NCBI RefSeq assembly: GCF_963921235.1
Contig: NC_086108.1
Coordinates: 114,268,001 to 114,332,000 of the forward strand
Direction of reading: 5' to 3'
Length of the DNA: 64,000 nt
DNA from: Mobula hypostoma
Taxonomy: Eukaryota
Positions 27,401 through 39,400 of the stretch are shown here, in pieces. The notes beneath the pieces were generated by a model. It was not told the DNA's origin. It did no database searches and saw nothing but the letters and a program-made list of their open reading frames with translations. Position numbers and translations under genes: made by a program. The stretch's first letter is position 1. Every line of letters begins with the position of its first letter.

Positions 27401-30400
27401 CCATGTTCCCAGTGTGATATGGAGACTGGAACTGTGCGCAGTGTTCCCAGTGTGATATGGAGACTGGAACTGTGTTCCCAGTGTGATATGGAGACTGGAA
27501 CTGTGCACGGTGTTCCCACTGTGATATGGAGACTGGAACTGTGCACGGTGTTCCCAGTGTGATATGGAGACAGGAACTGTGCACGGTGTTCCCAGTGTGA
27601 TATGGAGACTGGAACTATGCACGCTGTTCCCAGTGTGATATGCAGACTGGAACTGTGCACAGTGATCCTAGTTGTGAATGTCAGAACAATTCAGAGCCAT
27701 TTGTCACTTCTATCTGCTCTGGAACTTCCACCCCAACTGCACCGTGGATCACCTGCACACAGCAGTGATTCAAGAAGACTGCTCAACACTACCTTCTCAA
27801 AAACTAGTGGGTGAGAGGCAATTAAATGTCTGTGAAGCCACACCCCTTGAACAACGATGGCTCATTAATTTCTCTTGACATCCCGGTACATACTGAGCAA
27901 AGTCCTGCATTCTGTTAACCTACTGTTTCCTCTCTCTCCCACCTCCCTTCCCCTCAGTCTGCTGTGCAGGTGATGCGAGATGAAGATTGTCCATCTATGA
28001 TCATTCCCAGCCGACCATGTACGTATGAAGCTTCGTTCTCGATGAAACCTGCCCGGTTTCTGGAATGGTATTGGAGAGGTTGTGTCAGGGGTGAGAGGTC
28101 AGCAGGCAGTTTATGCCCAATTTACGGCCCTGGAGAACTTGATATATCTTGGTGTAGAATATGTGTATGGCCATTCCCTGGTCACTCACTTGGTCAGTCC
28201 CTGATCATTTGCTGGTCATTCCCTGATCACTCTCTGGTTATTCTCTGGCCATTCACTGGGTCTTTCCCTGGTCTTTATGTGGTCATTCTCTGTTCACTCA
28301 CTGGTCAGTCCTTGGTCGTTAGGTGGTCGTTCCCCTGATCGTTAGGCAGTCATACATGGTCATTCCTAAATCAATCTCTGATCACTCACTTGGTCAGTCT
28401 TTGGTCACTTACTTGGCTAGTCCCCAATCATTTAACACCTTCTGCTATTGTCTTACCTTGTTCTACCTGAATGCACTGAGTAATGATGTGATCTGTATGA
28501 ACAGTTTGCAGGATAGGCTTTTCACTGTGTCTGCATACCTGGGACAAGACAAACCAGTTCAATTTGCCACCATTCCCTGCAGCCAGAGTTGTAAAATATG
28601 GAAATATTGATGATGATCTGTAACTGAAATGTGGCTGTAGGCCAGAGTTAAAGAGCACAACAGCACAGAAACAGGCCATTTGCTCATCTAGTCCTTGTTG
28701 AACTGTTATTTTGCCTACTGACCTCCCCCCTGCCCATAGCTTTCCTCACCCCTCCGATCCATGTACTTATCCAAACCATACAAGTCCTGTCCCAGTTTAA
28801 CTGCCCAAAACTATGCCAGCTACACTCAGTGGCCACTTTATTAGTTACACATGTACACCTGCTCATTAATGCAAAATCTAAACAGTCAATCACATGGCAG
28901 CAACTCAATGCATAAAAGCATGCAGGCATGGTCAGGAGGTTCAATTCCCCCACTTCCTTATTCCACACTGACCTTTCATTCTTCTCACATGCTATTACCC
29001 GCCCTCCCCCCGGGTCCTCTCCTCCTCCTCCTCCTCCTATTGTCCACTCTCCTTTCCTGTCAGATTCTCTCTTCTGCAGCCCTGGACCTTTCTCAACCAC
29101 CTGACTTCGCCTTCCAGCTATCCTCCTCCTCCTCCTCCTCCTAGCTCTAAATTCAGGCATCTCCCCTCTTCCTCAGTCCTGAAGAAGGGTCTCGACCCAA
29201 AACATCGACTCTTTGCCGTAGACGCTGTTCCTCCAGCATTTTAGTGTGTGTTGTTAGAGGTTAGGTTGCTGTTCAAATCAATCATCAGAATGGGGAAGGA
29301 ATGTGATCTAAATGACTTTGATTGTGGGATGATCGTTGGTGCCAGATGGGGTAGTTTGAGGATTTCAGAAACTGTGATCTCCTGGGATTTTCATAAACAC
29401 CTAGAGCGGGGGTTTCCAACCTTTTTTATGCCATGGACCAATACTATTGAGGAAGAGGTCCGTGGACCCCAAGATGATAAACCCTGCTCTAGAGTTTACA
29501 GAGAATTGGCATAAAATAAAAAACATCCAGTGAGCGGCAGTTCTGTGGGTGAAAACACCTTGTTAATGAGAGAGGTGAGAGGAGAATGGGCCAGACTGGT
29601 TCAAGCTGACAGGAAAGTGACAGTAACTCAAATAACCATGCGTGTGCAGAAGAGCATCTCTGAATGCACAACACATCGTGGAACACGCTGCCCGAGGTGG
29701 AGGTAGAGGTAGGTACATTAGGGCCATTTAAGAAACTCTTAGACACATGCATGATGGAAAAGTAGAGGGCCATGTGGGAGGCAAGGGTTAGATTGATTAG
29801 ATTGATCTTGGAGAAGGTTAAATAAATACAAATAAATAAATAAATGAAAGAGTTGGCGTAACGTCACTTTTCTATATCCTGTCCTTGTAGCTATGGTTAC
29901 GACTATAGAGAATGAAGGGAGCAAGAATTCCAACATAGAAACATAGAAAACCTACAGCACAATACAGGCCCTTCGGCCCACATTGCAGTGCTGAACATGT
30001 ACTTACTTTAGAAATTACCTAGGCTTACCCATTTTTTCTAAACTCCATGTACTTATCCAGGAGTCTCTTAAAAGACCCTATTGTATCCGCCTCCACCACC
30101 ATCGTTGGCAGCCCATTCCATGCGCTCACCACTCTCTGTGTAAAAAAACTTACCCCTGACATCTCTGTACCTACTTCCAGATGGGCCAGACGGACTGTGT
30201 CCTTGCTTTGTCTGCTGTGACTGGACTGTTAGACGCAGAGGAACGGGCCTTGCCTGTAGCCGCTGGGCGTTCAGATCTCCTACCATCTCAGCTTGACCTT
30301 TCTCTCCCTCTTCCTGCCCCAGTTCTCCGCCGCTGTTTTCCTGACTTCACCACCAAGAATGGAATCCTGACGGTAGCCAACAAAACCACCTTCCGAGATG

Positions 30401-33400
30401 GCCGCGGGAAAACTCGCAACGTCACGGATCTCAGGGATGCAGCCAAGTAAGTGCCTGCCTGACTCCGGGCTCCCAGCTCCTGGAGTGTTCCTGGACAGAC
30501 AGGGATTGGGTTGTGAGGAGAGCGATGGAGGCACTCAGCACAGTGGCAGGCAATGGAGAGACTGTGGGTGACCACAGGACACCAAGGGAAGGATGTGCCA
30601 AAGGACCAGGGGAGGAGAGCAGATCATTCCTGCTGAGAGAGAGATCTTGAACCCCAATGTGTGACAGGGTGGTCGGATTCCATGGGGACTTGCAATGTGG
30701 ACTGTGTGCCAAGGGACATGAGATATGCAGCTGTTGCAATAACACTATCCTGGTTAACTTCTCATGGAAGTTCAGAATTTTTATTGATCAAACATTCAGA
30801 AAATATATTTTTTTAAATTCCATGTGTTACCTTTGCAGTTAACTTAGTCATTTAGAATGGACTTTAGTGTTGGGCACGTGGCCAAGTGGTTAAGGCGTTC
30901 GTCTAGTTATCTCAAGGTCGCTAGTTCGAGCCTCAGCTGTGGCAGTGTGTTTGTGCCCTTGAGCAAAGCACCTAATCACACATTGTTCTAGTCTGTGAGA
31001 GGAGTGGGGCCCCACACAGACTTCCAATCTGCGCCCTGTAAGGCATGAAAATGCCCGACGCAGGCCTCTCATGGTCTGAGTCAACGTTCCCCCCTTGTCC
31101 ACCTCACCCAGAGTATTGCCTGCTCTGGCTGGAGTGGAACAATGTGACAGCTCATTTCCAATCTGAAGCTGGACACTCAGGTTATAAACAGTATAAAATT
31201 AACTGAGATATGAATTAACGACATCTGTTCACCCTGGTCCAGAGGGCGCCTCCCCTTCACAAGCTTGATAGAGGTGTACAAGATGATAAGGGGCATAGAT
31301 GGAGACTTAGTTCATGGGTGGAAATGGCTAATATAAGGGGGCCTAATTTTAAGGTGATTGGATGTAAGTATAGTGGGGGATGTTAGAGGGAGGTTTTTTT
31401 ACACTGAGAGTGGTGAGTGTGTGGTAGAGACAGGTTGTGGTGGTAGAGACAGATACATTAGGGACATTTAAGTGACCCTTAGATTGGCACATGGATGATA
31501 GACAGATGGAGGGCAATATGGGAGGGAAGGGTTAGATTGAGTGGGTTAAATGGTTGGCACAGCATTGTGGGCTGAAGGGCCTGTATGGTGCTGTACGGTT
31601 CTATGTTCTGTATCCTATGTTCAATGATGAATGTTATCTGTTCATCCAGATACAGGGGGCTTCTCTCCTTCAGGGACTTATTTTTCCCCAAGAAAATCTT
31701 ATTTTCGATGCTCGTTCTATTTTCCTTCGTTGTTTGTGTTTGTTTATGTGTGTCCGTGGAATTGATCTTCGCAGGTAAGGCGAGCATCTATTACCAGCCC
31801 CTGCTTTGCCCCTGACGAGGCAGATAAGATACCAGAGTGGTGGAGTGGGGACTGGAGTCATGAGCACACCACACTGGAAGAAGGCAGCTGGCTTCCCGCC
31901 CCTGGAGATGCGATTGAAACTGATGGCTCTTTCACATAAGATAAATATTACAAGTGGTTTATTTAATGAGCTGTCATGGTGGGATCTGAGTTAATTGCCA
32001 CAATGGATGAATGAGCCCGTGGATTCATGCTCTTCTCTTCTGGATACAGTCAACCACTGAAGTCGCAGAACCTGCTGCTTCTGGTCAAGTCGGCTTTCAA
32101 GCTGCGAGAGGTGTGAAACTGTCAGGATTGCATAGCTCACACAGCCGCTCATAGTCGCAGAACCCATCCGACACGATCAGGAAAGCTCACCAAGGCTTCA
32201 CCTCTCTGAGGAGGCTGAAGAAAGCTGGAGTATGCACGCCTATGCTCAGAACCTGCTGCAGGTGCACAGTAGAGAGCATCCTAACGTGCTTCATCACTGC
32301 ATGGTACAGAAACTGCACTGGGGCAGACAGGAAGGCTCGACAATGGGTATTCAACACTGACGTAACACATCACTGACACCAGCCTACCCACGTCAAGGAA
32401 ATATAATCAGAAAGATGCTGGAAAGGGGCCAGTAACATCAGGAAGGATCCCACCCACCCTGCTCATGGACTGTTTGTCCCACTCCCAGATGGAGGCTGCG
32501 TAGCACCCACACCAGGACCACCAGACTCAAAAACAGTTTCTTTCCCCCAAGCAGTGAGGCTGATCAACACCTCCACCCACTAACCCACCCCTCCACACCC
32601 CCGACCACTAACCCACCCCTCCACACCCCCAACCACTAACCCACCCCTCCACACCCCCGACCACTAACCCACCCCTCCACACCCCCACCCACTAACCCAC
32701 CCCTCCACACCCCCACCCACTAACCCACCCCTCCACACCCCCGACCACTAACCCACCCCTCCACACCCCCACCCACTAACCCACCCCTCCACACCCCCGA
32801 CCACTAACCCACCCCTCCACACCCCCACCCACTAACCCACCCCTCCACACCCCCGACCACTAACCCACCCCTCCACACCCCCGACCACTAACCCACCCCT
32901 CCACACCCCCACCCACTAACCCACCCCTCCACACCCCCGACCACTAACCCACCCCTCCACACCCCCACCCACTAACCCACCCCTCCACACCCCCAACCAC
33001 CACTACTTTATCATTTCCTGTCAGTCACCTTATGTACAGACACTCCTGTGCCTAGCGTCACTTTATGGACATATAATCAATGTATATAAATATCTTATGT
33101 GTTTATATTTATTGTGTTTTTTTGTTATTGTGTTCTTTATCTTACTGTGTTTTTTTTGTGCTGCATCGGATCAGGAATAACAATTATTTCGTTCTCCTTT
33201 ACACTTGTGTAATGGAAATGACATTAAACAATCTGAGTCAGTTCATGCTGACAGATTTTAACCTTGGCACTTTTACAGTAGGTAACTTTACTTTTCTGTC
33301 TGATAATAAATCCTTTTTTTTCAATTTAAATTCACAGCAAAGTGAACCAGATCCGGCACAGATCCGACAGGTGTTGGCTTAACCTTTGACTGTGGAATGA

Positions 33401-36400
33401 GCTGATATGCACTAAACCTGCATGATCTTTTTGGCTGCCTTGTCTATTAGGCGTTGAGCTCATCTGGAACACAGTGCACTTTAAAGTCAGTGAGAGGTGG
33501 TGTGAAGGGGGGATGGAAGGAAGGGTCTGGTGGGACAGCAGGAAGGCAGGAATGTAACTCGACACGACCAACATCTGTATGAAGAACAGAACTTGACTCT
33601 GGGCCTGTTCTTGCTGGAGTTTACAAAACCATAAGACATAAGTATTATTAGGTCATTTCACCCTTGAGTCTGTTCTGCTATTCCATCATGGCTGATTTAT
33701 TATCCCCCTCAACACCATTCTCCTGCCTTCTCACCATAACCTATGATGCCCTGACTAATCAAGAACCTATCAATCGCCACTTTAAATAGACTGTACCCAG
33801 TGACTTGGCCTCCACAGTTGCCTGTGGCATTGAATTCCTCAGATTCACCACCCTCTGGCTAGGGAAATTACTCATCACTATTTTATCTCTGTTCTAAATA
33901 GAAGTCCCTCTATTTTGAAGCTGTGCCTTCTGGTCCTAGACACCCCCACAACTGGAAACATCCTCTCCATGACCACTTTATCTAGGCCTTTCAATATTCA
34001 ATAGATTTCAGTGAGGTCCCCCTCATTCTTCTGAACTCCAGCGAGAACAGGCCCAGAGCCGTCAAGCCCTCCTCAGATGCTAACCCTTTCGTTTCCAGGT
34101 CATTTTCGTGAACCTCCTCTGGACCCTCCCTAGAGAATGGGGGAAGGGCATTAAAACCCAACGTCCAAGTACATTTATTATCAAAGTACATATATGTTAC
34201 CTTATACAACCCTGAGATTCATTTCCTTGTGGGAATTCAACAGGAAAATAAAGAAATACAATAGGATTTATGCATTATAAATAAAGACTGTCAAAGAACC
34301 AGTGTTCAAGATAAGACAAATTGTGTAGAGGTAAAAAAAAATACTGAGTTGTGGAGACCTTGAGAGTGAATCTGTAGGTTGTGGAATCAGTTCAGAGTTG
34401 TGGTGAGTGAAGTTATCCACGCTGGTTCAAGACTGAGATAGAGTGGATATGGAGATGATGTTTCTTCTGGTGGGGGTGTCTAGGACAAGAGGGCACAAAC
34501 TCAGAATAGAGGGACAACCATTTAGAATAGAGATGAGGAGGAATATTTTTAGCCAGGGGGTGGTGAATCTGTGGAATTCATTGCCACAGACGGCTGTGAA
34601 GGCCAAGTCTTTGGGTGTATTTAAAGTGGAGTTTGATGATTCTAGGTTTGCCAGGGTGTCAAAGGTTCCAGGAAAAAGGCAGGAAAATGGAGTCGAAAGT
34701 GAAAAATAAATCAGTCATGGTCAAGTGGTCGAGGAGACTGGAATGGGCTGAATGGCCTAATTCTGCTCCTCAGTGAGTAGCAGACAAAGAGCTAGTCAGT
34801 ACAGATCTGAGCTGTCACCACAGATGGTGTGCCTGTGCGTGTTTACAGGCACTTGCTGAGATGTTGTCCTTCAGAGTCTATGCAATACGGAATGACAAAA
34901 CCACACGTCTTCTCCACAGATAAACAAATATCCACTGCTCTTTAGAGAAGTCATTTGACACTGCTCCTGCGTTATTTATTCGCCTGCATCCAGGCTGCCT
35001 TATTATTTGTCCAAGGGAAGAAATCCCATGAACAAATTGAGACTGATGTTTCTGGGCCCGTCCGATCGTACCTCACATCTCCACCAGTTGCCGTCTATCA
35101 AACACGGGGCTTGCCCCAGTGACCAGATGAGGTAGGAGCTTGGTGGACATCAAATGAAGAAAAGATGTGCTGGCATTCACAGGGTCCAGAGGAGATTCAC
35201 GAGAATGATTTCAGGAATGACAGGGTTAACTTATGAAGAGCACTTGATGGCTCCAGGCCTGTACTCACTGGAGCTAAGAAGAACGGTGGAAGGGGGGATC
35301 TCATTGAAACCTATCGACTAGTGAAAGGATGTAGAGAAGATGTTTCCTATGGGGGAGTCTAGGACCAGAGGGTACAACCTCAGAATAGGGGGACGTCCAT
35401 CTAGATCAGAGGTGAGGAGGAATTTCTTTATCCAGACGGTGGCAAATCTCTGGGATTTACTGACCTGGATGGCTGTGTAAGTGAGTATATTTAAAGCAGA
35501 GGTTGATAGGCTTTTGATTAGTTAGGGCATCAAATGATATGGGGAGCAGGCAGGAAAATGGGATTTAGAGAGATAATAAAGCAGCCAAGATGAAGTGGCA
35601 GAGCAGGCTTGATGGACTGAGGGGCCTAATTCTGCTCCAATGCCTTATGGCCGTATGGTTACACAAACATCCTACCCCACCTTGACTGGAGAACTGTTTA
35701 CTGTTATTTCCAGACTGGATTTAGGGACAGAGAGCTTATGTCAGAAACTGCAGGAGGAGACTCTTTGAACGTTTGGAAGTCTACGGTTGAAAAGCAGGAA
35801 ATTTCTGTTCTCTTGTGGGAACAGATCTTTGTGGAGACTAGTGACAGGTTTAAAAAGCAACCGAGACATGTTATTAGGGTATTGGGAACTTGGCAACGGC
35901 CAAGAAAAAGAAGTGAGGTCAAAATGGAGTGGCCATAGTGTGAGTGGGGTAGAATTAGAGTGGGGAACTAAGGCTTTGGCTTTAGAGGCTGTGCCGAGAG
36001 AAACGGAGGCTAAGTTGAGGTTTCTGTCAAATTTCTCTCTCTTTCTTAAGTATTGAGTAAGGAGAACAGATCCCAGGGCAGTGGTATGCTCCTTTTGCAA
36101 GATGTGGGAGATCTGGGATACCTCCAGGGAGAAATGCAACTCCTAACAGACTGTGTTAGGGACTGGAGTGGGAGATGGATGAACTGCAGCTTATATGGGA
36201 GAATGAGGGGGTAGTAAATAGGAGCTACAAGGAGGTAGTCACCTCTAAGTTGCAGGAGACAGATCTCTGGGTGACTGTCAAGAGAGGTAAAGGGAATAAG
36301 CAGCCAGTGCATAGTCGCCCTGTGGCCATTCCCCTCAATAACACCACTTTGGATACTGTTGAGGGGGCAACGTACCAGAGGGAAGCCACAGTGACCAGGT

Positions 36401-39400
36401 CTCTTGATGGGGTGGGAGTTGTTGGTGGTTTTGAACCAGGTCATAGTCTCAGCTGAAAGATTAGTTAGTCAGGGCAGGTGTGAGAATTACTCACAGGGTG
36501 GTGAACCTTTGAAACATGGTTTGACAGGTGATAAAAAAGGTGTACAGCATATACCTGATGAGGGGCCTTGGCCCGAAATGTCGACTGTTTACTCTTTTCC
36601 TAGATGCTGCCTGGCCTGCTGAGTTCCTCCAGCATTTTCTGTGTGTTGTTTTGACTTCAGGTGACTCTTGGATAAGGTGTAGCACCTGATCAGGGTCACG
36701 TGAAGCCGTGGAAACAGGTGGTGTGAGCAGCCGGTGAATATCACAAGTCCTGGTTATGCATCCACTGATGCCAGGCAGGCAATCTCGGAAGAGTACTGAT
36801 AATGGCTGGAATCCCCTGTTTTGTAAACGCACTGCCTAGAAGAAGGCAATGGCAAACAACTTCTATAGAAAAATTTGCCTACGACAATCATGGTCAGAAG
36901 ACCATCATCAGCCACGGCATATAACGAACGAATGAACATCTCATCTTAAAGCTATGTCACCTTGTATTATTTATTTCCAACCTGGGGACAAAAGATCTGT
37001 CTATCTACTCTGTCTATGCCTCTCATAATTGTGTACAGTTCAATCAACCCTCCACCGCTCCAGACAGAACAACACAGATTTGTCCAACGTCTCTTCATTG
37101 CTAATACTCTCTAATCCAGGCAACATCGGGGTGACCCCTTCTGCACTCTCTCCAAAGCCTCCTATAGTGGAGTGACCAGATCTGTACACAATACTCCAAA
37201 TACAGCTGCCTTGACTTTGTCTTTTACGCTCACTTCCCTGACCGATAGAGGCATGTCTGCTGTATACTGTCTTTACCACCCTATCTAACCATGTGGCCAA
37301 TTTCAACGAGCTATGGACTTGTACCTCCAGATCCCTCTTTATACTTTATACTTTATTGTCGCCAAACAGTTGATACTAGAGCGTACAATCATCACAGCGA
37401 TATTTGATTCTTCGCTTCGCGCTCCCTGGATTACAAATTGATAGTAAATTTAAATTATAAATCATAAATAGAAAACGGAAAGTAAGGTAGTGCAAAAAAA
37501 CCGAGAGGCAGGTCCGGATATTTGGAGGGTACGGCCCAGATCCGGGTCAGGATCTGTTCAGCAGTCTTATCACAGTTGGAAAGAAGCTGATCCCAAATCT
37601 GGCCGTACGAGTCTCCAAGCTCCTGAGCCTTCTCCCGGAGGGAAGAGGGACGAAAAGTGTGTTGGCTGGGTGGGTCGTGTCCTTGATTATCCTGGCAGCA
37701 TTGCTCCAACAGCGTGCAGTGTAAAGTGAGTCCACAGACAGAAGATTGGTTTGAGTGATGTACTGCGCCGTGTTCACGATCTTCTGCAGCTTCTTTTGGT
37801 CTTGGACAGGACAACTTCCATACCAGGTTGTGATGCACCCTAGAAGAATGCTTTCTACGGTGCATCTAAAGATTTAGTGAGTGTTTTAGGGGACAGGCCA
37901 AATTTCTTTAGTTTTCTCGGAAGTAAAGGCGCTGGTGGGCCTTCTTGGCAGTGAACTCTGCTTGATTGGACCAAGTCAGGTCATTTGTGATATTGACCCT
38001 GAGGAACTTAAAGCTTTTGACCTGTTCCACTTGCGCACCACCGATGTAAATGGGGTCGTGCGGTCCGCTACTCCTTCTGAAGTCAACAACCAATTTCTTC
38101 ATCTTGCTGACGTTGAGGGATAGGTTATCGTCTTCACACCATGCCACCAGGTTCTTAATTTCCTCTCTGTACTCAAACTCATCATTACCCGAGATACAGC
38201 CTACAATTGTTGTGTCATCAGCAAACTTATATATTGAGTTTGATGGAAACTTGGCTACACAATCATGGGTGTACAGTGAGTACAGCAGGGGGCTGAGTAC
38301 ACAGCCTTGTGGGGCACCAGTGCTCAGAGTGATTGTAGAGGAGAGCTTGTCCCCTATTTTTACAGCCTGGGTCCTGTCTGTGAGGAAGTTGAAGATTCAG
38401 CTGCAGATCTGAGTGCTAAGGCCCAGGTTCCGGAGCTTAGGAATCAGTTTATTTGGAATGATGGTATTAAAGGCAGAGCTGTAGTCAATGAAAAGGAGCC
38501 TTACGTATGCATCTTTATTCTCCAGGTGTTCTAAGGAGGAATGTAGGGCCAGAGAGATGGCATCTGCTGTTGACCTGTTGCTCCGGTAGGTGAATTGCAA
38601 AGCGTCGAGGTTGACCGGTAGGCTGTGGTTGATGTGTGCCATAACCAATCTCTTGAAGCACTTCATAGCAATTGATGTCAGAGCCACGGGTCGATAGTCA
38701 TTCAGGCATGCCACCTTGCTGTTCTTCGGCACTGGGATTATCATTGCCTTCTTAAAACACGAGGGGATCTTAGACTGAAGCAAGGAGCAGTTGAAGATGT
38801 CAGCAAACACTCCAGCTAGCTCGCTTGCACGGGCCCGGAGAACCCGTCCTGGGATGCCATCTGGGCCTGTCGCCTTCCTTGGATTTATCTTCAGGAAGGC
38901 CCTTCTAATGTCCTCCTCGGTGACGATGAATCTCGATGCCACCAGGTCCAGTTCATCCGAAGGGGGCGGGACGCTCCTCTTCTGTTCGAATCTTGTGTAG
39001 AATACGTTAAGTTCGTCAGGAAGAGAAGCGCTACAGTTACTGATATTCCCAGCCTTTTCTTTGCGCCCTGTGATCTCATTTAGATCCTGCCATAGTCTAC
39101 TGGCATCGCTCTGGTTAGCCTGGGCTTCCAATTTGGCTCGATATTGCCTCTTGGCTCCCTTAATGGCCTTCTGGAGTTCACGCCTGGATTCCGTGTAGCG
39201 ACTGGTATCGCCGGACCTAAAAGCCGCAACTCTAGCCTTTAAAAGAGACTTGACCTCATAATTCATCCAAAGTTTCTGGTTAGGGAATATCCGGATTGTC
39301 TTGTGAGACACACAGTCCTCTGTGCATTTCCAGATAAAGTCCGTGACAGCTGAGGCATACTCATCGAGGTTAGCTACCAGTCCACCGATTCAAAGCAGTC

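Noticed and set aside
25682..27660. Long ORFs of 434 and 460 aa on the minus strand
   Set aside because: Artefacts of a stop-free 38-bp repeat, open in several frames
28170..28430. Degenerate ggtcattccctg-like repeats
   Set aside because: Low-complexity decayed repeat with no clear period or function
30872..30945. tRNA-like sequence
   Set aside because: No proper anticodon or acceptor stem; continues into a SINE body
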